A stretch of 64,000 nt of DNA from Nemertoderma westbladi (taxonomy: Eukaryota > Animalia > Xenacoelomorpha): the NCBI GenBank assembly GCA_032718475.1, contig JAUCBJ010007725.1:1-64000 (forward strand), read 5' to 3'. How positions within the stretch are numbered: position 1 is the first letter of the stretch; each line of letters opens with the position of its first letter. The notes beneath the pieces are model-generated. The model was not told the DNA's origin. It saw only the letters and a list, made by a program, of their open reading frames with translations, and did not search any database. Both the position numbers and the translations under genes were made by a program. Positions 40,801 through 52,499 of the stretch are shown piece by piece.

Positions 40801-43800
40801 ATAGAACCAAAACAATAAACAATAGTTAACATGTGTTACTACAAGATTATGCAGGTTAGTAAAGGAGCCGGTTACAGAGGCATGTAGATAGAACCAAAAC
40901 AATAAACAGTAGTTAACATGTGTTATTACAAGATTATGCAGATTAATAAAGGAGCAGGTTACAGAGGCATTAGATAGAACCAAAACAATAAACAATAGTT
41001 AACATGTGTTATTACAAGATTATGCAGGTTAGTAAAGGAGCAGGTTACAGAGGCATGTAGATAGAACCAAAACAATAAACTATAATTAACATGTGTTACT
41101 ACAAGATGATGCAGGTTAGTAAAGGAGCAGGTTACAGAGGCATGTAGATAGAACCAAAACAATAAACTACAGTTAATATGTGTTACTACAAGATTATGCA
41201 GATTAGTAAAGGAGCAGGTTACAGAGGCATGTAGATAGAACCAAATCAATAAACTATAGTTAACATGTGTTACTACAAGATTATGCAGGTTAGTAAAGTA
41301 GCAGGTTACAGAGGCAGGTAGATAGAACCAAAACAATAAACTATAATTAACATGTGTTACTACAAGATTATGCAGGTTAGTAAAGGAGCAGGTTACAGAG
41401 GCATGTAGATAGAACCAAAACAATAAACAATAGTTAACATGTGTTACTACAAGATTATGCAGGTTAGTAAAGGAGCAGGTTACAGAGGCAGGTAGATAGA
41501 ACCAAAAAAATAAACTATAATTAACATGTGTTACTACAAGATTATGCAGGTTAGTAAAGGAGCAGGTTACAGAGGCATGTAGATAGAACCAAAACAATAA
41601 ACAATAGTTAACATGTGTTACTACAAGAATATGCAGGTTAGTAAAGGAGCAGTTTACAGAGGCAGATTGATAGAACCAAAACAATAAACTATAATTAACA
41701 TGAGTTACTACAAGATTATGCAGGTTAGTAAAGGAGCAGGTTACAGAGGCATGTAGATAGAACCAAAACAATAAACAATAGTTAACATGTGTTACTACAA
41801 GATTATGCAGGTTACAGAGGCATGTAGATAAAACCAAAACAATAACTATATTTAACATGTGTTACTAAAAGATTATGTAGGTTAGTAAAGGAGCAGGTTA
41901 CAGAGGCATTAGATAGAACCAAAACAATAAACAATAGTTAACATGTGTTATTACAAGATTATGCAGGTTAGTAAAGGAGAAGGTTACAGAGGCATTAGAT
42001 AGAACCCAAACAATAAACTATAGTTAACATGTGTTACTAAAAGATTATGTAGGTTAGTAAAGGAGCAGGTTACAGAGGCATTAGATAGAACCAAAACAAT
42101 AAACTATAGTTAACATGTGTTATTACAAGATTATGCAGATTAATAAAGGAGCAGGTTACAGAGGCATTAGATAGAACCAAAACAATAAACAATAGTTAAC
42201 ATGTGTTACTACAAGATTATGCAGGTTAGTAAAGGAGCAGGTTACAGAGGCATGTAGATAGAACCAAAACAATAAACAATAGTTAACATGTGTTACTACA
42301 AGATTATGCAGGTTAGTAAAGGAGCAGGTTACAGAGGCATGTAGATAGAACCAAAACAATAAACAATAGTTAACATGTGTTATTACAAGATTATGCAGAT
42401 TAGTAAAGGAGCAGGTTACAGAGGCATTAGATAGAACCAAAACAATAAACAATAGTTAACATGTGTTACTACAAGATTATGCAGGTTAGTAAAGGAGCAG
42501 GTTACAGAGGCATGTAGATAGAACCAAAACAATAAACAGTAGTTAACATGTGTTATTACAAGATTATGCAGATTAATAAAGGAGCAGGTTACAGAGGCAT
42601 TAGATAGAACCAAAACAATAAACAATAGTTAACATGTGTTATTACAAGATTATGCAGGTTAGTAAAGGAGCAGGTTACAGAGGCATGTAGATAGAACCAA
42701 AACAATAAACTATAATTAACATGTGTTACTACAAGATGATGCAGGTTAGTAAAGGAGCAGGTTACAGAGGCATGTAGATAGAACCAAAACAATAAACTAC
42801 AGTTAATATGTGTTACTACAAGATTATGCAGATTAGTAAAGGGGCAGGTTACAGAGGCATGTAGATAGAACCAAATCAATAAACTATAGTTAACATGTGT
42901 TACTACACGATTATGCAGGTTAGTAAAGGAGCAGGTTACAGAGGCATTAGATAGAACCAAATCAATAAACTATAGTTAACATGTGTTACTACAAGATTAT
43001 GCAGGTTAGTAAAGGAGCAGGTTACAGAGGCATGTAGATAGAACCAAAACAATAAACAATAGTTAACATGTGTTACTACAAGATTATGCAGGTTAGTAAA
43101 GGAGCAGGTTACAGAGGCAGGTAGATAGAACCAAAACAATAAACTATAATTAACATGTGTTACTACAAGATTATGCAGGTTAGTAAAGGAGCAGGTTACA
43201 GAGGCATGTTGATAGAACCAAAACAATAAACAATAGTTAACATGTGTTACTACAAGATTATGCAGGTTAGTAAAGGAGCAGGTTACAGAGGCAGGTAGAT
43301 AGAACCAAAACAATAAACTATAATTAACATGTGTTACTACAAGATTATGCAGGTTAGTAAAGGAGCAGGTTACAGAGGCATGTAGATAGAACCAAAACAA
43401 TAAACAATAGTTAACATGTGTTACTACAACATTATGCAGGTTAGTAAAGGAGCAGGTTACAGAGGCATGTAGATAGAACCAAAACAATAAACAATAGTTA
43501 ACATGTGTTACTACAAGATTATGCAGGATAGTAAAGGAGCAGGTTACAGAGGCAGGTAGATAGAACCAAAACAATAAACAATAGTTAACATGTGTTACTA
43601 CAAGATTATGCAGGTTAGTAAAGGAGCAGGTTACAGAGGCAGGTAGATAGAACCAAAACAATAAACTATAATTAACATGTGTTACTACAAGATTATGCAG
43701 GTTAGTAAAGGAGCAGGTTACAGAGGCATGTAGATAGAACCAAAACAATAAACAATAGTTAACATGTGTTACTACAAGAATATGCAGGTTAGTAAAGGAG

Positions 43801-44170
43801 CAGTTTACAGAGGCAGATAGATAGAACCAAAACAATAAACTATAATTAACATGAGTTACTACAAGATTATGCAGGTTAGTAAAGGAGCAGGTTACAGAGG
43901 CATGTAGATAGAACCAAAACAATAAACAATAGTTAACATGTGTTACTACAAGATTATGCAGGTTAGTAAAGGAGCAGGTTACAGAGGCAGGTAGATAGAA
44001 CCAAAACAATAAACTATAATTAACATGAGTTACTACAATATTATGCAGGTTAGTAAAGGAGCAGGTTACAGAGGCATGTAGATAGAACCAAAACAATAAA
44101 CTATAGTTAATATGTGTTACTAGAAGATTATGCAGGTTAGTAAAGGAGCAGGTTACGTATGCATGTTGAT
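19814..44170. repeat. 86/87-bp satellite array, ~24.4 kb, ~280 copies, with higher-order structure
   Basis: Unit TAGTAAAGGAGCAGGTTACAGAGGCAT(G)TAGATAGAACCAAAACAATAAACAATAGTTAACATGTGTTA(C/T)TACAAGATTATGCAG(G/A)T. Copy number is array length divided by ~86.6. Confidence 0.99.
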
Positions 44171-44467
44171 AGATTTGTAGTCCCATATTTGTTCTATCAT
44201 TTAAAAAACTTTCATGTGATTAGATTCATAACTATAAAAGCCTTAGGATTTTAAGCGCAACCAAGTTTGATAATTGTTAACTAGTATTAAATTAACTAAT
44301 ATTAATTAGCGAAAAATAAAATCATGTAGAATACAACTCAGTTTCTATATTCAAAATTGTAGCCAAAAACTAAAAAATTTTGAAGCGCTTGGAGATATAA
44401 TTCGAAGAGTTGTCTGAAAATGGATTACCCCCGCTTTAAAGATTTAAAATTTAATGTAAAGACTTAC

Positions 44468-44578
44468 CTTAGGTACAGGTTCACCGTGCTGAGTTCTGAG
44501 ATTCTTTAATTTATTGAAGTGAAGAAACTTTCTGCTTGAGCTATGTTTTACCGTTGACCTGAATACTGACTGACTGAA
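44468..44578 (-). other. Predicted non-coding 5' exon of the 319-aa gene
   Basis: The minus strand begins with Inr-like CATTCAGTCAGTCAGT, has no ATG, and ends in a consensus donor AAG|GTAAGT (44468/44467), ~300 bp outside the satellite. Confidence 0.55.
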
Positions 44579-45256
44579 TGAATAGGGATATCAATTAACC
44601 GAAAAAAAAACTAAAGGAAAATATAACAAATCAATTAAAAATTATCTTTCGAAAATCAAATAAACGATATGTGCAAAATATAAAACAACTAATGGACTGC
44701 AGTGTAACTTAAATATCGGTATCCCTATACTGCTATATATATAGTCGTCAAAGCTTACAAAGCTTGTGGTCATGTTTGTACTATGCTTTGATCTATGCGC
44801 AAGGCATGGTTACCGGCCATTAGAGACGGTCCATTGATTTTAATAGCCATGTATTTGCTGTAGTAGAGACAGACCACACCTGGGTCGTATAGCCAATGTT
44901 AATTTGTTCTTTCCTATTTACCTTGAATTATACCGCCTCAAAACATTGTTGATCCTCCACCACCAGCCAGGCGCCAAGTACTAGTCCAGACGACCACACA
45001 CTACTGCACTGGTTGTTAATATGTTTGTGATGTATATCCCTTAAATTGTTAAACCCTGGGGCGCTACATATGATACCAAATACATAACGAAATGTGTATA
45101 ACAGTATTATTATCCCAGAATATGATTTCTTTACAATCACGTAATACAAAATTATATATGGGTTATGATATGGTTATGATTATGGTTATTACAAGCCCAT
45201 ATTTAAGCAATGTTACTAAAATTGCCAAAACTAAATTGCTGACACTATCCATTGCA

Positions 45257-45430
45257 GATAGGAGAGGAGGGAAACTGGGCGCAATAGAAATTCCTCCCTC
45301 TCCAGGGGAAATTGGATGTAAATAACAGGTGATTACAGTCAAAGATAAAACTGTAACCTGTTCTTCTATTGTGTTTGGTTTATTGTTTTGGTTAAAATAA
45401 CGTGCCACTGTAACCTGCTCCTTTTCCAAG
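45257..45430 (+). repeat. Right copy of the diverged direct repeat (partner of 16893-17055)
   Basis: Same motif order as the left copy, including the inverted satellite core at 45378-45424. Confidence 0.8.
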
Positions 45431-45719
45431 GAAATCACGAGGTCTACTCTACTATCCATTAGATAAATATGATGCAATATAATACCGTAAAAAAAGTTAT
45501 TTACGTGATATATTTCACTCCCCGATGAATAATATTATTGTGTAACTACCGACATGTAAAGAGGGTGGAAATAGGGCTCTTATAGAAGCTAATTGATTAA
45601 ATGAAATACAGTTGGAGAAATTCCATGAGAAATATACGAATTTCGGATCATTGGATTCGGAATTCAAGGGAATTCAAGGCGATCAACCAGACACTATTTA
45701 ACATTGGAGGTGTCTCATT

Positions 45720-45960
45720 GGTTCCTCCAAGCTTGACCCTAGAACAAAGTCGCCTCTGCTTTGCAGGACATTGTTTTCGCCGTGAGGACCAGCCAGTGCA
45801 TAATCTTGTACTTTGGCAGCCTCATGGAGTGAATAAGCAATGGTGGACAGCCCATGACTTTCTTGAGACGCATCTTAAAGGACACTGGCCTAGAAGATAC
45901 TGGCAAATGTCATGGGTGATAGGGAGTTGTGGCGGCGCAATTTTGTCGACAAGACGGCAA
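45720..45960 (+). pseudogene. Short 3' fragment of an RTE-like LINE
   Basis: SRLCFAGHCFRREDQPVHNLVLWQPHG resembles the RxxxAGHxxR...VLWxP.HG C-terminus of RTE-type ORF2. Confidence 0.6.
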
Positions 45961-48900
45961 AGCATTCTTAAAAATGCAGCTGCAATGCAGCATGCCGATA
46001 CTAGTAGTAGTAGGTCAAATAATAAATATATTACTCAATATTATATTATATTCAATACAAAACACAACATTATTAAATTTAATATTCCAAAATTAAATAA
46101 ATATATAATATCCTGTTTGAGAAACCATGCATTATAGTAAGACAAATGTATATAGCTTCCTAATAGCAAGTTAAAACTATCTTATAATATACAAATACAA
46201 CTTTAAGTCATAAAGTAAGGAACATGGCGGAATTACATATGTTAAAACTTTTATTATGACCTATAATTGTAGCCTTCCATAATGCTGTAGACGCACTAGA
46301 TGGCGTCGTAATCCCTTCATGTTACACTTTAATAGCTTAAGCCTAGCTTAGTATCTGTACAGGTTATATGATATAAATAAGAGCTATAAACAACTTGTAA
46401 GGATAAATTATAAAAATATACAAACACTTCATAAATGTTAAATTGCAATAAAATTCGAGAATTGAGAATTTAACATTGAGGCGAAATATTAATTCACCGA
46501 GATGGTTTTTGCGTTCAGTTTCCCCCCTCTGTCTCTATCAGAGACATCAAAACACATAAACGCGTCAATAAACATATAAACATAGTCAATAAACATAAAT
46601 TAGTCAATAAACATATGTTTGAAATTAAATAATAAATATTATTTATAATTTAAAACACAAATCCAGAAATTAAAATAGAAGTATAATATCCTGTTTGAGT
46701 ACCCGTTCTTGGTATGAAAATATGTCTTTGTCTTACATTTTATAGGCAGACAATTTTAGCTGATTAACTCCAAGTTAAAACCCGTCATACACACACTAAG
46801 TAATAAACTAAGAAACATAGCGGAATTCCTTACTCATTACTTATTCATTATGAGTCAATGGGCGAAATGACCGCTAATACCAACTTAAATTAGTAACAGT
46901 ATATATTTAGTGGATTTAGAGAATTAATTTAATTTAAAACATTAAGGCAAAGGCGCAAGTTACAGAGGCGGTGTTTTCTAACCAAAACAATAAACGCGAC
47001 TTTATTTCCCTTGCTGTCAACTTGCACCCATTACAATTTTAACTTGCGGTAAATGTACGCCACTATATGTAAATTAGGGTACCATTAGGACTAACGATTA
47101 GGACTAAAAAATAATAAACGGCTAATAATGCATTAGGATGACATTGCTGACAAGTGACAACCAGTCATCAGAAATAACTGGAATTGGAGTTCAAACAGGA
47201 TATACCAGTACCTAGTAATTCGGGTGCGTACAAAACAAAGACCAGAAGACCCAAGACTTTACTGCCCGTTCTATACAAAACAAAGAGATAAAAGTCGCGT
47301 TAGGTCCCAAAGAGCGTTAGGTTCCATTGCTATTTAAAGGAGCAGGTTTAGCGAAGGAGCAGGTTACAGAGGCGTATTGGGGGAACCAAAACAATAAACG
47401 AAAGCCAATACAGGTCTTTATAATTGGGTGTTTGTTTTGTACTCACCCTAACACAGTAATAATTATATTAAATCAAGGCCATCCTGCAAAACACGCAAGA
47501 CATCCCACTTCATCTAACACAACACAAATGACGTAGTACAGAGTGTTGACATCCCATCGGCACATCACCTTTAAATATTTCATACACAGATTATCTGATT
47601 TGTAGAAGCCGAGCAGCACAACATCCAACATCCTTACCGAATGACGACATAATGGTTGATAGTTTCGAAATCCCATCGGCCTATCGATTAAAACTTTAAT
47701 CACAGAAGTCGAACCACATCCGTTCCCTACCGGTATCTTTACTTTACCGAGCGACGAATTAGAGAGTAATCACATTACAGCATTAGCCCGTCGTTAAACA
47801 TTTCATTTGCGAATGGCAAACAGGCAAAGCCTAACCAGGTGCCAGGACATTGTACCCTACTTCTGTAACAATTTGCATGGAATGTAATAGAGTAGAGAGT
47901 CATATTCCTATCGGCCTGTTGTTTAACACTTTATTTTATTCCCAGAACTACTAACGACCCCAAGAAGAAATCGCTGGACTCCAGACAGCCAGACTGCAGT
48001 TAATTGAATCCCAGCAACGTTTATTAATCTAACTTCTGAACTTAATACAGCACCGAATTAAAAAATAATTGCAGAACATTGGCCTATATCAGTATATAGT
48101 TTACAGTACACAGTACATTCTCTACCAGGTTAGAATGAGAGGTCCCGCTCAGTGGTAGCCTCTAGCTACATTTTAGTTTCAAATTGATTGATTGATTTAA
48201 TTACCATAAATTTGATAATAAAACAGATAAAAACTAGTTTCAGGTAAAAGCAGGAGAGTTTAACATTTAAGGCAATTGGAATAGCTTCTTGAGATAAAGC
48301 CTCGTTTTCAAGGAGGTCCCTCTCTATAATTGCAGTATGAATTGATTAATTATAGTGAACAATTTTTATATTGAAATTGTAATCCTAAAATAAATACATT
48401 ATTGTCAGCTTAAAGGTCCGCTACCCATGTACCAGCTAATGAATTTAAATTAGTACACCCTACCCTATTTTTCAGAAACGTTAACTTCGATTTTGGTTTG
48501 TTTATTACTTATGGTTTGGTTAGTTGGTCAAGCCAAAACCATTATTAAAACTGTCATTTAACCCTAACACTAAAGTGATGAGAACTAAGTGGTGAGTGCT
48601 TACTGTACATAGCAACATACAGAATTACATACAGCCTTACATCAATGGAGCAATGATAATAACAAATGTACAGTATTGTATTGTTATAATTACAGATAAA
48701 TTACAGAATTGCAAAATTTTTAAACCAAATGTAACCAAAATACGCGATATAAATATGACATGATTAATGGAGGTGGAATTTAGAGCTAATGATGCAAAAT
48801 GACCGCAAACACTAATAACTATGTGTAAGGAGGGTTTAAAAGGTTAATTTAATTAAATTTAAAACATTAAGGGAATGGAACTGGTTACAATGGCAGTATT

Positions 48901-49223
48901 TTCAAACGGAACTTTATTTCACTTACAGTAAATTTGAGCTGGAGATCGCATTTTTCACTTGCGGTCAATTTGCATCACTATATGTTAATTTTATATTGCA
49001 TAGACCAAATTGATGGACATTCACGGATACAATGGTGCATGGGATATAATTGGACAGATTATATTTTAAAAAAAAGGCCGTTTGTATGCAAAGCAACAAC
49101 AATTTTAATTGAGAAATGTTAAATTATATAATATTACGAATTTATTAAAAGTTAATTAAGTCTAATCTAAAGGAAAGCATATTCCACCATTCTAAAGCAT
49201 ATAACACCAAATTCCGTTAACAC

Positions 49224-49630
49224 CACGTGACTGGTAAGAAGGGCCCAACAGGGAGCCACACACAACATTGTACATAGGACACTCCCCCATTGACGTCACT
49301 ACTGGACTGGTCAGTCAATGGACTTGCCCTATTCATAAGGAGGCCTCCCCTAGATGTTGAGTGTCAATCATATCATAGTGTAACAAAGGATGCATTAGTC
49401 AATCTGTGACATACACTGGCCCCATGAAAGGGATTCCTTTCTTGCTACACAATAGAAGGGGGGCCTTTTTCGGTGTAATATCAGTGCCAATTAATTGGTA
49501 CCAGATGTGCCAAACTTACTACACAAAGCCGTTATAGTGGGCCGTGATTCTATTGGCTGTCATTGAATCCATTGGTGGGCGGCCTGAATTTTCCTTATAA
49601 GCCCCTGTAATGAACGAAATATTCACTGCC
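49224..49630 (+). promoter_or_regulatory. Pol II promoter of the Rep/helicase gene
   Basis: E-box CACGTG 49224, CRE TGACGTCA 49291, inverted CCAAT boxes (ATTGG) 49552 and 49571, GC box GGGCGG 49577, TATAAG 49596, and Inr-like TCACT at 49623 (~29 bp after the TATA). Confidence 0.65.
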
Positions 49631-49699
49631 ACAGGCAAACGCGTTTATCAAGCCGTTATCTGCGAATTTATTGCGAATTTGTTTTATCATCAGACGAAG
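49625..49699 (+). other. Predicted non-coding exon 1 of the Rep/helicase gene
   Basis: Follows the Inr, has no ATG, and ends in the donor GAAG|GTAAGT at 49699/49700. Confidence 0.6.
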
Positions 49700-50227
49700 G
49701 TAAGTAATACACTTTACACACTTATAATAATATTATTTATTGTACTGTAGTATGCTAAATACTTCATGTTAATATATTTACTGCATCTAGATAATAATTT
49801 TTATGTAATGTTTATTTATATCTCATTCACTTTACAACACTTCACCTTTGAATTTGGAAGTTTATATTGTGTGTAATATATTTTAGTATATATGTGTCTC
49901 CTGTATGTATGTTTGTGTAGGTACACCCAGTAATAAGAGTATGTTTTTGGAGTTTTTTCTGCCCTGGTTACTAACGAAAAACGTGTGTTTTTTATCAATT
50001 AATTTCTGCCACCCACTAGGAACATCTTCAGAATAATTAAATAATACATATAGACAAACAGAAACAATACAAATATTTTTATTACGATTTATGCCATTTA
50101 ATTAATTGGCTTGCGGGGACTGATTTTGTAATTTATTTTTTATGTATCTGCCGGTTTTGTTTATGCCGGTTTTTCTGTTAGCAAATTTTTACGTTATTGG
50201 TAAGATGTAATTACAGTAATATTTATG

Positions 50228-51035
50228 TGTAAGTTAGTGCTAGAACTTAGAACTATGTACTTTGATACTATGTCAGATGTGCGTCCATGGGTGTTAGTTA
50301 GGGAGTTACCGTACACGATTGCTTACTTATGTTACTATTTAATGTACCCAATATTATAGGTTTGTATGTTATGTTTGCCGTTAGTAACAACGCCATATTG
50401 CGCTGGCTGCAATTAATTTCATTCTGAAATATTAAACTTTATCTTGGAAACGATTAGACACAGGAATTGGGTAATATAATTTAGTATTTGTGAGGTTTGT
50501 GTGCTGTGGTATGTATGTATGTACTTCCGTCAGAATTTTGTTAAATTGCCTATTTATTTTTTATGTATTTATTATGCCTGTTTCTCTGTAATCAAACCTT
50601 TTGTATGTAAGTTAGAAGTTAATGGTAGAGCTACATGGATGTCAGGTGTTGGCATGGGTGTTAGTTACGGAATTACAGTACATGATTGCTTGCTTGTAGG
50701 TTACTATTCAATGTCTCAAAGTTATTAACTGCTCAATAATAGGTTTGTATTTTAATTTGGCGTTTTTTTATCACACACAACTTTGCATTTGTCTCTTTAA
50801 TTTGTAGTACTTATCTTTTCAACCATATTATTACATTACTGATACATGATTGATAAACATATCTCTGGTATTATTAATGCTGCACATCTTTCAATTTACA
50901 GTTGTTGTTAAATTGCCACCCCTCAACCTTATTTTCGCCGTAAGTAGCAACGGCATTGCGTTGGATGCAATTAATTTTAAACTGAAATATGAAACTTTTT
51001 CCTCAGAAACGTTTGGACAATGTTTCAGGAATTCA
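50228..51035. repeat. Diverged intronic duplication (~50228-50470 vs ~50607-51035, the second copy interrupted)
   Basis: Shared TGTAAGTTAG, ATGTCAG.TGT..CATGGGTGTTAGTTA, GATTGCTT, and GCCGT.AGTA.CAACG..TTGCG.TGG.TGCAATTAATTT..CTGAAATAT.AAACTTT. Confidence 0.7.
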
Positions 51036-51323
51036 TTTAATTACTTTTAGTTAATTATGTTAACAGTTTGGTTTACAATTTTATTGTAGGCCTAATATTT
51101 ACGATCACCAATACCATTCAACAAACATAAACGTAATAGTACAGTACAATTTATTTAATTTTGCATTTGATGTACCAAACAATGTTATTTATTTTGATAC
51201 ATCTCAAATTTAATTAAATCACTACGTACTTAAACAATTTGTATGATATTAAAGTTGACACGTCATATCTGATTGGTAGGCTTTGATTTTCTTACCATTA
51301 ATATTAATATTATATTATTTCAG

Positions 51324-51437
51324 CTGAGACAACAGGAAGGATTCTCCGACGACGAATTACCGCGTTCCAAGATTCTTTCCGGTTCTAAGTGACGTCTGAT
51401 TCTTTGGAGCTCCAACTGATCAACACTGCTGTTGTTT
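51324..51437 (+). other. Predicted non-coding internal exon of the Rep/helicase gene
   Basis: GC-richer island bounded by the acceptor tattatttcag| and donor TTT|GTAAGT; no ATG. Confidence 0.55.
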
Positions 51438-51539
51438 GTAAGTTATTTTTAATATACGATATTATATTATATACTATACTATATAAACTATGTATATTAA
51501 TGTACCATATGTATGTATGTTACATCACTATGTATGTTA

Positions 51540-52240
51540 ATGTAACATGTAACTTACTGGACCACAAATGTAACTTACTGTAGCACATATGTGACTTACT
51601 CAATCATGTTTGTAACTTACTGAACCATTTGTACAACTTACTGTACCACGTATGTGACTTACTCAACCATGTTTGTAATTAATTTCCTGAACCATGTGTG
51701 CAACTTTCTTTACCACGAGTGCAACTTATTGTACCATGGCAAGTATGTAACTTGTAACATACTCAATCATGTGTAACTTACTGGACCACATATGTAACTT
51801 ACTGTACCACGTGTGAGACTTACTGGCCCGCATATGTAACTTACTGTACCACGTAACCTACAGTACTTTACTGTACCATGTATGTATAAAAAACCTTGTG
51901 TATGCCTATATGTATGCCTATATGTATGCCACGTGTGTAACTTATTGGAAAACATATATAACTTACTATAACACTTGTGTAACTTATTGTACCATGTTTG
52001 TAACGTACTCAATCATATGTAACTTACTCAACCACATGTAACTTACTGTACCACTTGTGTAACTTAACTGTAATATACCAAGTATGTAACTTACTGAACC
52101 ACATGAATAACATACTTTACCATGTGTCTAACTTACTGTACCACGTGTGTGACTTACTGGCCCGCATATGTAACTTACTGTACCACGTAACCTACTGTAC
52201 CAGGTATGTATGTATAAAAAACCTTGTGTGTATATAACAC
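51540..52240. repeat. Degenerate ~22-bp minisatellite (TGTAACTTACTGTACCACGTAT-like) in a predicted intron
   Basis: Recurring TGTAACTTACT..ACCAC; a ~110-bp block is duplicated at ~51795 and ~52130. Confidence 0.85.
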
Positions 52241-52499
52241 ATTGAAATTAAGTTAAACAGTGGAATGTAATGACATAAGCATACTTGGATTATATATTTG
52301 ATTTGTAATTATCTATATGCTTGTATATATTTAATTCTTTCAGCTAACAAATTAATTTTTGTTTGAGAACGACAACATTGTTGCAAGGATAAGTATAAAC
52401 TACAATAATATTTTATATAATTCTACTATTTTATTGCATTCTTTTTTTCATTTTATTCTTTCTTTTTATTCATATCTACTATTATTGGTATTACTAACA

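Noticed and set aside
19814-44170. CRISPR array interpretation of the 86/87-bp repeats
   Set aside because: There are no unique spacers; entire units are near-identical. No cas genes, and the context is eukaryotic.
19814-44186. Dozens of minus-strand ORFs (LHASVTCSFTNLHNLVVTHVNYCLLFWFY)n
   Set aside because: Artefact of an 87-bp (29-codon) stop-free unit, broken at random by 86-bp units; most starts are non-ATG.
52359-52499. First 47 codons of the 3205-aa ORF as a signal or TM peptide
   Set aside because: TTG start in T-rich UTR-like sequence; the first ATG is 52500.
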